Shown piece by piece: positions 24,842 to 35,704 of a DNA stretch of 64,000 nt. This DNA comes from an uncultured Chloroflexia bacterium (GTDB lineage Bacteria > Chloroflexota > Anaerolineae > JAAYZQ01), in the NCBI GenBank assembly GCA_963749455.1, contig CAVVMX010000045.1, positions 39,181 to 103,180 of the forward strand, written 5' to 3'. How positions within the stretch are numbered: the stretch's first letter is position 1; each line of letters opens with the position of its first letter. The position numbers and the translations under genes were made by a program. Under the pieces are notes generated by a model, which was not told the origin of the DNA, made no database searches, and saw nothing but the letters and a program-made list of their open reading frames with translations.

Positions 24842-26395
24842 CGCGACCCTCCTGCCCCGTCGATCAGCCCGCCCCAGCGGCCGGCCTGCGGCCGCCAGGC
24901 CGTCTTCCACGGCGATGGGGCCGTGCCCGGCCTTTCGGTGGCCGCTGCGCGCTCACGCGTGGCCGCTTCTGCGCTCTGCTGGGCTTGGGCGACCAACCGG
25001 GCGGCGATGGCCGCCACCAGCGCCTCCTTGGCCGCGCCGCCCTTGGCCCGCCGCTCAAGGAAGGGCCGGGCGACCTGGGGGAAGAGGGCGTAGCTGAGCA
25101 CGTCCTCTTCGCTTTGGGCCAGGTCGCCGATCTCTTGCCGCGCCTGCTCCATGCCGGGTGGCGATGAGGTCGGCCGGGCGGCAGTCGATCGGCTCTTCGT
25201 CGCCGATCACCTTCTTCTGCACCTCGGGATCGATCGGCGCGGGCGGTCGCCCGTAGTAGCCCCGCACATAGTTCTTGACCTCGGCCGGGATGACCTTGTA
25301 GCGCTCGCCCAGCACCACGTTGAGCGTCGCCTGGGTGCCGACGATCTGGCTGCTGGGCGTGACCAGCGGCGGGTAGCCCAAGCTCCTGGCGGACGCGCGG
25401 CACCTCGGCCAGCACCTCGGCGTAGCGGTCCTCGGCGCCCTGCTCGCGCAGTTGAGATACCAGGTTGGAGAGCATGCCACCCGGGATCTGGAACTGCAGG
25501 ACGTTGACGTCCACCCCAACTCATGCCGCTCTCGAAGGCGGCGTACTTTTTGCGCACCTCGGCGAAATAGCTGCTGATCTCGGCCAGCAGGTTCAGGTCC
25601 AGCCCGGTGTCGCGGGGCGACTCCTGCAGGATGCGGACCAGCGTCTCGGTCGGCGGCTGCGAGGTGACCATCGCCAGCGACGAGATGGCCGTGTCCACGA
25701 TGTCCACCCCGGCCTCGATCGCTTTGAGCACGGTGGCCATGGCCATGCCGCTGGTGTAGTGGGTGTGAAGCTGGATGGGCGCCCGGCACTCGGCTTTCAG
25801 ACGGCTCACCAGCTCGTAGGCGACGTAGGGCGACAGCAGCCCGGCCATGTCTTTGATGCAGATGGTGTCAGTCCCTATCTCTTCCAGGATGCGGGCCATC
25901 TGGACAAAGGCGTCCACGCTGTGTACCGGGCTGATGGTGTAGCGAGATGGTCGCCTGGACGTGGGCTCCCTCCCGCCTGACCACCTCCATCGCCTGGCGC
26001 ATGTTGCGCACGTCGTTCAGGGCATCAAAAATGCGAAAGACGTCGATGCCGTTTTCGTGCGCCTTGACGATAAAGCGCTCCAGCACGTCGTCGGGATAGT
26101 GCTTGTAGCCGACGATGTTCTGGCCGCGCAGCAGCATCTGGAAGGGCGTGTGGGGCATCCTGGCCTTGAGCTTGCGGATCCGCTCCCACGGGTCTTCGTT
26201 CAGAAAGCGCATGGCCGAGTCAAAAGTGGCGCCGCCCCACATCTCCACCGACCAGTAGCCCACCTGGTCCAGCTTTTCGGCAATGGGCATGGCCGGCGTC
26301 CGATCATGTCGTCGGTGCGCATCCGCGTGGCCAGCAGGCTCTGGTGTGCGTCGCGCAGGATCGTATCACAGATGCGTACAGGTTTCTTGTTCCAT
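24838..26395 (-). CDS. pyruvate/oxaloacetate carboxyltransferase (transcarboxylase 5S / OadA / PycB-type; several frame breaks)
   Basis: ..[26 protein letters not shown] / [84 protein letters not shown] / [48 protein letters not shown]-like carboxyltransferase domain plus conserved C-terminal region. Confidence 0.8.
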
Positions 26396-26439
26396 TCTAC
26401 CCGTCTTTCACTCAGATCCCCTGCGGAGGATCTGGCCTC

Positions 26440-26763
26440 CTACTCGGCAAACAGATGGGCGGCCTTGAACAACAGAACCAGCGCCTCCTTTTCGGCGCGG
26501 GAGCGGTGGCGCTCGCCGGCCCGCACGACCAGGGTCTCTCCCTGTGCGCAGCGGGACACTGGGGCCGTCGTAGTAGTCGATAAAGATCTCACCCTCGATG
26601 CACCATAGTACATCTCGTCCTTGGCATGCTGGTGAAACCTGTAGCTGCCCAGGAAACGGCTCAGGTAGGCGCAATAGTCGTCCACCTGACCCAGGATAGT
26701 ATGGGTGAAGGGCTGGGTCAGCCGCGCGGCCGCCTCGTCAACGCTCGTCTTCCGCTCAGGCAT
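26440..26763 (-). CDS. cupin domain protein (two compensating frame breaks)
   Basis: MPERKTSVDEAAARLTQPFTHTILGQVDDYCAYLSRFLGSYRFHQHAKDEMYY / VLEGEIFIDYYDGPSVPLRTG / ETLVVRAGERHRSRAEKEALVLLF. Cupin beta-barrel motif pattern (H.H...E ... G....P.g..H). Confidence 0.6.
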   Translation of the reverse strand: MPERKTSVDEAAARLTQPFTHTILGQVDDYCAYLSRFLGSYRFHQHAKDEMYYGASRVRSLSTTTTAPVSRCAQGETLVVRAGERHRSRAEKEALVLLFKAAHLFAE

Positions 26764-26798
26764 TTGTCCTGCTCCCTGTAGCTGGAAACTTGCCTTCC

Positions 26799-28350
26799 CT
26801 ACAACGGAATGTTCCCGTGCTTCTTCGGTGGGTTCGAGTCGCGCTTGTTCCGCAGCATCTGCAGCGCCTCGATCAGCCGTGGCCGCGTCTCCTTGGGCTC
26901 GATGACATCGTCGATATAGCCCCGCGCTGCCGCCACGTATGGGTTGGCAAACGTCTCGCGGTACTCCTGCACCAGCCGCGCCCGCTCGGCCTCTGGGTCG
27001 CTCGCCTGGGCAATCTGCTTGCGAAAGATGATGTTCACCGCGCCATCCGGCCCCATCACCGCAATCTCGGCCGATGGCCAGGCATAGCTGATGTCGCCGC
27101 GGATGTGCTTCGAGCTCATAACGTCGTATGCCCCGCCATAGGCTTTGCGGGTGATGATCGTGATCTTGGGCACCGTCGCCTCGCAGTAGGCATACAGCAG
27201 CTTGGCCCCGTTGCGGATGATGCCGCCGTGCTCCTGCGCCACCCCCGGCAGAAAGCCGGGCACGTCCTCGAAGGTGATGATCGGGATGTTGAAGCAGTCG
27301 CAAAAGCGCACGAACCGCGCCGCCTTGATGCTCGAGTCGATGTCCAGCACGCCCGCCAGCACCATCGGCTGCTGGGCGACGATGCCCACAGAAAAGCCCC
27401 CCAGCCGGGCAAAGCCGACGATGATGTTCTGCGCCCAGTGCTCCTGCACCTCGAAAAAATCGCCGTCGTCCACCACCCGGCGGATCACCTCCTTGATGTC
27501 GTACGGTTTGTTGGGGTTGTCGGGAATCAGGCTGTTCAGCGCCTCGTCCATCCGGTCGGACGGGTCATCGGTGGCCAGAAAGGGTGGGTCCTCCGTGTTG
27601 TTCTGTGGGATGTAGCTCATCAGCTTGCGGATCTGGTAGATGCAGTCCTCCTCGTCCTCGGCAGCAAAGTGGGCCACTCCACTCTTGGCGTTGTGAACCA
27701 TCGCCCCGCCCAGATCCTCGGAGGTAACCTCCTCGCGGGTAACGGCCTTGATCACATCCGGGCCGGTGATGTGCATAAAGCTGGTCTTCTTGACCATCAG
27801 GATAAAGTCGGTCATGGCCGGCGAGTAGACCGCTCCCCCGGCGCACGGTCCCATGATGGCGCTGATCTGCGGCACCACGCCCGAGGCCAGCACATTGCGC
27901 AAAAAGACGTAGGCGTAGGCGGCCAGGCTGACCACGCCTTCCTGGATGCGCGCCCCACCCGAGTCGTTGAGGCCGATGACCGGGGCGCCGTTCTTCATCG
28001 CCAGATCCATCACCTTGCACACCTTCTCGGCGTGGACCTCGCCCAGTGACCCGCCAAAGACGGTAAAGTCCTGGCTAAAGACGTAGACCAGCCGGCCGTC
28101 GACCTGCCCCCAGCCGGTGACGACGCTGTCGGCCAGGTATTTCTGCTCTTCGATGCCAAAGCCAACGGTACGGTGGGTGACAAACGGGATCGAGCTCGCG
28201 GAAGGTGCCGGGGTCAAGCAGCTTGTCGATCCGCTCGCGAGCGGTGAGCTTGCCCTGGGCATGCTGGCGGTCGATCCGTTCCTGGCCACCGCCCTGCTGT
28301 GCCTGAGCGCGGATGTCGTGAAGCTTCTGGATCTTGCGGTCCACGGCCAT
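26799..28350 (-). CDS. acyl-CoA carboxyltransferase (methylmalonyl-CoA carboxyltransferase 12S / propionyl-CoA carboxylase beta; one frameshift near ~28195)
   Basis: [50 protein letters not shown], then ORF 26799..28289: [99 protein letters not shown]. Confidence 0.9.
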
Positions 28351-28434
28351 TGTCCCTCTCCTCGTCGGTGGAATGACGGCTATAGTATAGCACAAGGCCC
28401 CAGGCTTGACAACTGATCGTTAAAGGCAAGCGGC

Positions 28435-28463
28435 TTGACAGAAGTCGGCCTTGCCGGTATGAT
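28435..28463 (+). promoter_or_regulatory. sigma-70-like promoter for the DUF4416 gene
   Basis: TTGACA-N17-TATGAT, 20 nt upstream of ATG 28484. Confidence 0.45.
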
Positions 28464-28483
28464 GGATTGGAAGAGGCCGAAAC

Positions 28484-29008
28484 ATGGGTACTGCTCGCGA
28501 ACCAGCACCTGTCAAGCTGATTGCCAGCTTGCTGACCGGCGATATTGACCTGCTGTCAGCAGTCAAGGCAGCTCTGGTCCACGCCTTTGGTCCAACGGAC
28601 CTGGAAAGTGAAATCCTGCTCTTTGACCACACCGACTATTATGCCGCCGAGTTTGGGCCGGCTCTGCAGCGGCAGATCGTGACCTTTGAGCAACTCATCG
28701 CCCCGGATGACCTGCCCGCCGTCAAGCGCCAGACCAATGAGCTTGAACAGTCACTCGCTCGGGAAGGGCGGCGACGGGTGAACATCGACCCCGGCTACGT
28801 CTCGCTGGCCAAGCTGGTGCTGGCCACCACCAAAGACCACGCCCATCGCCTCTACCTGGGTCAGGGCATCTACGGCGAAGTGACTCTGGCCTATCAGCAG
28901 GGCCGCTTCCGCCCCTGGCCGTGGACCTATTCCGACTATGCCAGCGACCGTTACTGCGCGCTTTTCATGGAGATCCGCAAGCGTTACAAAGCACAGATCA
29001 GAGGGTAA
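28484..29008 (+). CDS. DUF4416-like protein
   Basis: Intact 174 aa: PVKLI..L, FDHTDYYAAEFG, KRQTNELEQ, RRVNIDPGYVSLAKLVLATTKDHAHRLYLGQGIYGEVTL, WTYSDY. This matches my recollection of the DUF4416 family pattern. Confidence 0.65.
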   Translation: MGTAREPAPVKLIASLLTGDIDLLSAVKAALVHAFGPTDLESEILLFDHTDYYAAEFGPALQRQIVTFEQLIAPDDLPAVKRQTNELEQSLAREGRRRVNIDPGYVSLAKLVLATTKDHAHRLYLGQGIYGEVTLAYQQGRFRPWPWTYSDYASDRYCALFMEIRKRYKAQIRG

Positions 29009-29016
29009 GACAGGGC

Positions 29017-30239
29017 TACTCGAGGAGAAGCTGAACCTCTGACACCAGGCTGTCGTAATTCCAGCCTGAGGCATAGATGGTCAGGCCGAGTGATGTGCGC
29101 CGGCGTGTTGTCACCCAACAGGACCAACAGGTTGCCCGACTCGTAGGGGAACCACACATCTTGAGGGATCTGTTCGCCGCTCGGCCGCCCCCACGGGTCG
29201 GGGCCTATGGCATAGCCGGCCTGGTTTTGATAGTAGAACCCATGCGTCCAAAAGTTGTCGTTGCCATAGATGTCTTTGTAGTCTAGCCGGACGATGATCG
29301 GAAACTCGGAACTCTGCATCCCTCCACCCGACAGGCTTTGAAAACTTAGCTTGACGTCGAGCACTACCTCCAACCGCGCGAAATCGCGCACGTCGTAGTC
29401 GAGTGGTTGCCGGATAACGGCTTCGGTGTGGTTGCCATTGTCTGCTTCGCGCCGCGCAAAGCGGACGGCGGTCCGTCCCCCGTTCTCAACCTGTTCGATG
29501 ATCGGCGGTTTGACCGACGTGGTCAAGACTACAGTGCTGGTCACCCAGGCAGGTTCGAGCGGCTCCTGAAAGTTGCCATTCAACAGCAGGTTCTGCACAG
29601 CCGGGACGGGTGTGGACGGCGTGCCATCCAGTCGCAGCCTGACTGCGGGTTCCCTGGACAAGAGTGATCTGGCTAGAGCCCCGACCCACCACTGCTTGCC
29701 CCCGCACCACCGTCACCTGTGTTCCCTCGTTGGTCACCTCGATCCGGTAGCTGCCCTCTTGCAGAGAGATGTCTGTATGGGGCGTCAGCACCTGAAAGTC
29801 GACGGCTCGTTCGCCCGCTGATGGCAGCGCAACGCCCACCCGCATCAGGCCCCCTGTCAGGTTCAGGCGGATCTCGTCAAGGCGATCGCTCACCTCAAAG
29901 CGGGGGGTCCACATCCTTTCCAGGGTAAGGTCTGTATTGCTGTACAGGTCGAGGCGACTGCGCTCAAAGAGGTCCAGCGTGGCCCTCGATGTGGCGTCGG
30001 TGATCACCTGGTCCCCTTGCTCCAAGGTGCTGGCCTGGGTGACCCCGATCGGATCGCTCCCATTGGCTTTCTGCACCAGGATCGTCCCGCCGATCACTTG
30101 CAGTTGGGCCTCCTGGCTTCTCATGGGCGTTGATCAGGTAGGATCGAACCCCCAGCGGTGTGCCGATAGCCAGGATCCAGCAAGTGGCAAACGCGATCCA
30201 GAGAACTGTCCAGGCGATCCGTTCCGGGTTCTTGCGCAT
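29017..30239 (-). CDS. membrane-anchored hypothetical protein with FecR-like beta-sandwich region (about 3 frame breaks)
   Basis: Stitched from ORFs 29964..30239 (MRKNPERIAWTVLWIAFATCWILAIG, TM anchor), 29486..30124 (..QLQVIGGTILVQKANGSDPIGV..GDQVITDATSRATLDLF..) and 28984..29661. C-terminus ..AHITRLTIYASGWNYDSLVSEVQLLLE* with stop at 29017. Confidence 0.5.
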
Positions 30240-30521
30240 CTAGTGGCGCACCTCGAAACGCTGGAATTCGTCGGTTGGCGCCAGCCATTGAACGTCCACG
30301 CCGGTGACAAACGCAGACCGCGGCCCGACCCGGAGGAAGGCCAGCAACTCATCGACGACCGCCCGCGTCCCCTCGGCCACGACCTCGACGCTCTCGTCCC
30401 ACAGATTACGAGTATATCCGGTCACGCCCAGCTCGCGGGCACGCTGCACGGTATAGTAACGAAAGCTGACACCCTGCACCCGCCCATGGACGATAGCGTG
30501 CAGGCGTACCTCTACCGCCAT
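30240..30521 (-). CDS. acyP: acylphosphatase
   Basis: MAVEVRLHAIVHGRVQGVSFRYYTVQRARELGVTGYTRNLWDESVEVVAEG. Acylphosphatase signatures V.G.VQGV.FR and G.V.N..DG.V. Start taken at the internal ATG 30521 of ORF 30240..30665. Confidence 0.85.
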   Translation of the reverse strand: MAVEVRLHAIVHGRVQGVSFRYYTVQRARELGVTGYTRNLWDESVEVVAEGTRAVVDELLAFLRVGPRSAFVTGVDVQWLAPTDEFQRFEVRH

Positions 30522-30640
30522 CCAGTTTCCCCCGTCATGAGCTCGATTATAACACGAGTCGGGCAAGATGCAAAAAAGGTGCAGGCCGGCCCCTGAGCCC
30601 CAGCCGACCTGCACCGAGCCCTCACTCACAAACCAGATGT

Positions 30641-32155
30641 CTACCGGCCGAGCAGTTCTGTCCACAAGTGGATGCGGGCTCCCCCGGTGGCTTCAAAAAA
30701 CTCGACCTTGACGGTATGCAGTCCCTCGTCGAGATAAATGTCCTCAGTTATGTTGTCATAGGGGCCATCGTCCCAGGCGCGGATCAGCCGGTGATTGTCC
30801 ACCCACACACGGGCGCCGTCGTCCACCGCCAGGTGAAAACGATAATTGCCGGCCGGGAACCACCGGTTTTGCGTCCATCGCGCCGAAAAGTCGTCCGATG
30901 GAACCTGTGGGCCGGGTGAGCCGAGTCCCCAGTTCAAATCCAGCTCTTGTCCCACATGGTCCAGGGCAAGTACCGGATCGCCCTCCAGCTGGCGATTAGC
31001 GAAATAGAAGCCATGCCATGCATCGGAGGGCACCGGCGTACTGGAAGTCGGCGTGGGGGTTGGCCCCTCGACCTGCTGCCAGTCAAACTGGATCATGGCC
31101 CCCCCGGAATTCTCATAATATTCGATGCGCAGGGCGTGTGCGCCTGGCGTCAGGCGCAGATCGTCGACATAGGTCCCTAACCCATCATGCCATTCGTCGA
31201 TCAACAGCGTGCTGTCAATCCACAGGCGGGCGCCGTCGTCAGCAGTGATCGTGAAACGGAAGGTTCCCTCACGGAACTGCCGGGTGCGTGTCCATCGTGC
31301 CGAAAACCCATTCACAGGGACGGTCGGTCCCGGCGAGCCCTCACCCCAGTTAAAGTCCACATACCCGTCGTTTCGGACGAGCACCGGATTGCCCTGCAGT
31401 TCGCGGTTCGCATAATACTCGCCCCGCCAATCGGTGATCACAAGAGCGGTGGGGGTGGGAGTCGGCGTCGGGGTGCCAGTCGGCGTGGGTGTATTGGTGG
31501 GCAGCACCGGCGTGGGCGTTTCGGTCGGCGGGAAGGTTGGCACCGGCACCGTATTGGTGGGAGTGGGCGCCACCAATGTGAACCGGACGATCGTCTCTAT
31601 TTTGGAGCGGGTGCCCCGGCCGATCACATCAGCCCATGGCTGTCCAACCCAACGAGCTTCGTTGGGAAAGGTAAAGGCGGTACGGATATTGCCCGTGTCG
31701 TCGGCTACCGCAGCAGCATAGGAGAATCCACGGCCCTCCCCTTCTTGCGGTGAACGGAGAAAGACAAAGACCGGCTCCCCCGGCCACCAGCCCTGGCCGG
31801 TGACGGTTACCAGGGTATTGATGTAGCCTTCGCCAGGGTCAATCCTGATCTGAGCCTGGCCTGACGCCTCTGATGAAGCTGTCGGGCTTGGGCTGACCAA
31901 TGTGGCCACAGGGGTCCCAGTGCCGTTGCTAGGAGGCAGGACAGGCGCATCACGCTTCAACAGGAAGACGATCAGCACGGCCAGGACGCACACGACCGCC
32001 AGGGCAAGCAGGGCCAGAATTGCCACTGCGTAGCCTGAAACACCCCTGGAGGTAGGTTCTTCCTCCTGGGAATAGGCAGGTCGAGTCCAAGTGTCTTGCC
32101 CTTGCGATGACGATCGATCCGGTCGAGTCTGAGTCCCACCCCTTTGGGCAGTCAA
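30641..32155 (-). CDS. membrane-anchored protein with two PA14 domains and PT-rich linkers
   Basis: Intact 504 aa: TM helix, TPTPTGTPTPTPTPT linker, then two copies of ..W.GEYYANRELQG.PVL...D..VDFNWG.GSPGP.VP.D.FSARWTR...F..G.YRF....DDGAR.W.D..L.I..W. This is the PA14 pattern. Confidence 0.75.
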   Translation of the reverse strand: MTAQRGGTQTRPDRSSSQGQDTWTRPAYSQEEEPTSRGVSGYAVAILALLALAVVCVLAVLIVFLLKRDAPVLPPSNGTGTPVATLVSPSPTASSEASGQAQIRIDPGEGYINTLVTVTGQGWWPGEPVFVFLRSPQEGEGRGFSYAAAVADDTGNIRTAFTFPNEARWVGQPWADVIGRGTRSKIETIVRFTLVAPTPTNTVPVPTFPPTETPTPVLPTNTPTPTGTPTPTPTPTALVITDWRGEYYANRELQGNPVLVRNDGYVDFNWGEGSPGPTVPVNGFSARWTRTRQFREGTFRFTITADDGARLWIDSTLLIDEWHDGLGTYVDDLRLTPGAHALRIEYYENSGGAMIQFDWQQVEGPTPTPTSSTPVPSDAWHGFYFANRQLEGDPVLALDHVGQELDLNWGLGSPGPQVPSDDFSARWTQNRWFPAGNYRFHLAVDDGARVWVDNHRLIRAWDDGPYDNITEDIYLDEGLHTVKVEFFEATGGARIHLWTELLGR

Positions 32156-32557
32156 AACAACCTCCCTTGCACGAGTCCGTCCCCTATATAACGTCCGGGA
32201 CCCGCATCCAGTTCCGATCCCTCCGGCTGTGGGCCAGGAACTGGCTGAATTCTTGTCGCAGGCTGATTTTCGACCAAAAAGATTCCTGTGTCATTATTGT
32301 AGCGCAAAGTGCCCCAAATGGCAACTTCTATCTTCTAATCATGGCACCTGCCTTAACCGAGCGGATAGCCAAGGCAAGAAGTAAAGCACCAGATGAGTCC
32401 GCCGCCGCATTGCCCATTGCGGCGATCGCCGTCTTGACGTGGGCCAGCTCCACCCCTACCCTGTCGTCGCCCTGGACAAGCACGAGGCCCGGCGGATTGC
32501 CGCGCAGCTCCAGGGCGAGGTCATCAGGCAGAGCCCGCACCTCTCACAAGTCACCGG

Positions 32558-33217
32558 TCACGGGTGCCTCGTGCCGTCGGGCATAATCGCCCCGGTCAGG
32601 TTGGTCCCACTCATATGGGCCCCGCTCAGGCGAGCCTCGCCTAGATTGGCACCTGTCAGGTTGACCCCGGTCAGGTTGGCATTGGTCAGGTTGACCCGGG
32701 TCAGGTTGGCCTTGGTCAGGTCGGCACCATCCAGGATGGCCCTGCGCAGGTCGGCCTCGCTCAGGAAGGCCCCGCTCAGGTTGGCCTCGCTCAGGTCGGC
32801 CCCGCTCAGGTCGGCCCCGATCAGGTTGGCCTCGCTCAGGTTGGCCTTGTGCAGGTTGGCCTTGTGCAGGTTGGCGAAGAGCAGGCTGGCCCTTTCCAGG
32901 TTGGCCCCGCTCAGGTTGGCCCTGCACAGGTTGACCTCGCTCAGATAGGCCTTGACCAGGTCGGCCCCGATCAGGTCGGCCAGGTTCAGTTTGGCCATGT
33001 TCAGTTTGGCCATGTTCAGGTTGGCCCCGCGCAGGTCGGCCACGGTCAGGTCGGCCCCGATCAGGTCGGCCTCGCTCAGGTTGGCCCCGCGCAGGTCGGC
33101 GTTGTGCAGGTGAGCCGCGGTCAGGTCGGCCCCGATGAGGTTGGCCCCGCCAAGGTCCGCCCCGGCAAAGTCCCGCTCCCCTGCCTCATACCTTCTGACA
33201 AGCTCCTTGGCGTCCAT
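32558..33217 (-). CDS. pentapeptide repeat protein
   Basis: MDAKELVRRYEAGERDFAGADLGGANLIGADLTAAHLHNADLRGANLSEADL..., about 40 consecutive A(D/N)LxG-type pentapeptides. Start taken at ATG 33217 in ORF 32558..33298. Confidence 0.9.
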   Translation of the reverse strand: MDAKELVRRYEAGERDFAGADLGGANLIGADLTAAHLHNADLRGANLSEADLIGADLTVADLRGANLNMAKLNMAKLNLADLIGADLVKAYLSEVNLCRANLSGANLERASLLFANLHKANLHKANLSEANLIGADLSGADLSEANLSGAFLSEADLRRAILDGADLTKANLTRVNLTNANLTGVNLTGANLGEARLSGAHMSGTNLTGAIMPDGTRHP

Positions 33218-33574
33218 TGTGTCAACCGGCTCCTTTCGCCCATTCGTCGTGATAGACAAAGGCCGCCCACTTGTGCGAGCGGCCCATCTGTGCCACACTA
33301 TCCCTGCCGGACCGTTCGCGCGGTCTTGGCCGTCGCCCGAGGTGTTGATGCACCGTCGGGCGTTTTCATTCTACATCTGCATTATACCGGCTTTTCCCGG
33401 AAAAGCAAGGCAATCTCAGGCCGCCGCCGCCTGCCGCTTGCGGGTGACTTGGACAGGCCCAAGCACGAGGCGGGCGACCAGCAGCCAAAGGTTTTTCGTG
33501 CATTGCTCGCTGCTGCCTGTGTCAAGTTTACAGGAAACCGGGTCTATGGTATAGTCTGCAAAGGAGGTACTGGC

Positions 33575-34952
33575 ATGAAGAGGGTTGTGATCACCCTGGC
33601 CATGCTGGCAGTGGTGGGGATCGTTGGGCTGTGGGCTTATCAGAATCTGATCGCCAAGACCGAGCAGCCACAGCAGCAGCGTGAGGATCATAGGGTCCAG
33701 CGCGGGACGCTGGCGGCCTTGGTAAACACTACCGGAACGATCCTGCCCGAGAAGCAGACAACTCTGAGCTTCAAAGGTGCTGGTCTCGTGGCCGAGGTGT
33801 GGGTTACTGAGGGCCAAGTGGTGGATGCCGGGCAGCCTCTCGCCAGGCTTGAAACGACAGACCTCGAGGCATCGGTTGCCGAAGCCGAGCTGGCTTTGGC
33901 TCTGGTGCAGGCTCAACTGCTTCGCGCCCAGCGCCCGCCTTCCGAGTATGACCTGGCCGCGGCCCGGGCAGCGCTTGAAAGCGCCCAGGCCGCCTATCAG
34001 AGGCTGCTGGACGGCCCGACGGAGGAGGAGATCCAGGTGGCCCGGGCCACCCTGGACCAGGCCAAGGCAGCACTGGACCAGGCTCAGGCTGCCTATAACC
34101 AGGTGGCCGACCGGCCCGACGTGGCGATGCTGCCCCAGGCGCTCCAGCTCCAGCAGGCAACCATTAACTACAATGCTGCCCAAGCCAGTTTTGACCTTAC
34201 CCAGCGCAAACCATCCAGCGCCGAGCTGGCCGCTGCCAAAGCTTCGATCGCCCAGGCCGAGGCGACCCTGGCCCGCCTGCAGGAGGGGGCAGCTGCTGAA
34301 GACCTGATGATCGCCCAGCTCCAGGTCGAGCAGGCCCAACTGCGCTTGGATCAAGCGCGCAATCTGTTGGCGGGCGCTACCCTCACTGCGCCTCACGCCG
34401 GCACGATCACGACGGTGGGCGTCAAGCAGGGCGAAATGAGCAGCATTCAGCCGGCCTTTGTCCTGACCGATCTGTCCCGGTATCACATCGATGCCATGAT
34501 CGACGAAATCGACGTCGGCCGCATTGCTGAGGGCCAGCCGGTGACGATCACCCTCGATGCACTGTCCAGCGAGACACTGACCGGTCGGATAGATCGGGTC
34601 GCTCAGACTGCCGCAGGTCGACACGGGTGTCGTGACTTACAAGGTGACCATCAGTCTTGACCCGACGACTGCTGCCCTACGGGCGGGCATGACGGCCAAC
34701 GCCGACATTGTCATCGAGCGGCGGGATGGCGTTCTGCTTGCGCCCAATCGCTTCATACGCATCGACCGGCAGACGGGCGAGACATTCGTCGACCGGCTGG
34801 TCAGCGGCCAGCTTCAGTCGGTCGAGATCCAGATCGGCTTGCGTGACGAATTCTCGAGCGAGGTGTTGGCCGGATTGGCTGAAGGAGATCTGATCGTCTT
34901 GATTGAGGAATCCAGCCGCGAGCAGCTGCAGCAGACATTTATGCAGCCATAG
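33575..34952 (+). CDS. HlyD/MacA-family periplasmic adaptor (one frameshift near ~34615)
   Basis: ATG 33575 after AAGGAGG. TM anchor, long coiled coil (..[24 protein letters not shown]..), [29 protein letters not shown], then frame 34632..34952 [10 protein letters not shown]...[21 protein letters not shown]. Confidence 0.8.
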
Positions 34953-34995
34953 TGCCGGCCTGCCCTTTCGACTGCGTGCTCGTGCCAGTATCGAC

Positions 34996-35703
34996 ATGAC
35001 AAGCCACAATACAAACGGCAGCCTGATCACAATCGAGAATGTGACCAAGGTCTACCAGATGGGCGACGTACAGGTCCACGCCCTGTGTGGCGTATCGCTG
35101 CACGTCACCAAGGGCGAATTCGTCGCGATCATGGGACCGTCTGGCTCGGGCAAGTCTACCCTGATGAACATCATCGGCTGCCTGGACCAGCCGACCTCTG
35201 GCCGTTACTGGCTGGACGGCATCGACGTCGGCGGGCTCAACGACAACAGGCTGGCCGAGATCCGCAACCGCAAGATCGGCTTTGTCTTTCAGACCTTCAA
35301 CCTCCTGCCCCGGAACGCCGCTTTCCAGCAGGTAACATTGCCGTTGATCTATGCCGGACTCGGCGCGCGGGAGCGCCGTGAGCGGGCCAGGGCTGCCCTG
35401 GAGGCAGTGGGGTTGGGCGATAGGCTGAACCACCGCCCCAACGAGTTGTCGGGCGGCCAACAGCAGCGGGTTGCCATCGCTCGCGCCCTGGTTACCCAGC
35501 CGGCCATCATCCTGGCCGACGAGCCAACCGGCAACCTGGATACCCGCTCTGGCAAAGAGATCCTGGCCATCTTTCGCCAGCTGAATGAGGAACGGGGTAT
35601 CACCATCGTCTTTGTGACGCACGATCCGGGGATCGCCCAGCAGACCCGCCGCATCATCCACATCCGTGACGGGCTCGTGGAAAGTGACGAGGCGCTCGGC
35701 TAG
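34996..35703 (+). CDS. ABC transporter ATP-binding protein (MacB/LolD type)
   Basis: Intact: Walker [11 protein letters not shown]-loop FVFQTFNLL, signature [15 protein letters not shown], Walker [13 protein letters not shown]-loop VTHD. Confidence 0.9.
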   Translation: MTSHNTNGSLITIENVTKVYQMGDVQVHALCGVSLHVTKGEFVAIMGPSGSGKSTLMNIIGCLDQPTSGRYWLDGIDVGGLNDNRLAEIRNRKIGFVFQTFNLLPRNAAFQQVTLPLIYAGLGARERRERARAALEAVGLGDRLNHRPNELSGGQQQRVAIARALVTQPAIILADEPTGNLDTRSGKEILAIFRQLNEERGITIVFVTHDPGIAQQTRRIIHIRDGLVESDEALG

Positions 35704-35704
35704 A

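Noticed and set aside
32439-33298. Highly regular short repeats that could be mistaken for a CRISPR array or satellite.
   Set aside because: The period is 15 bp with no unique spacers, and it translates perfectly into a pentapeptide-repeat protein. It is a coding repeat, not CRISPR.
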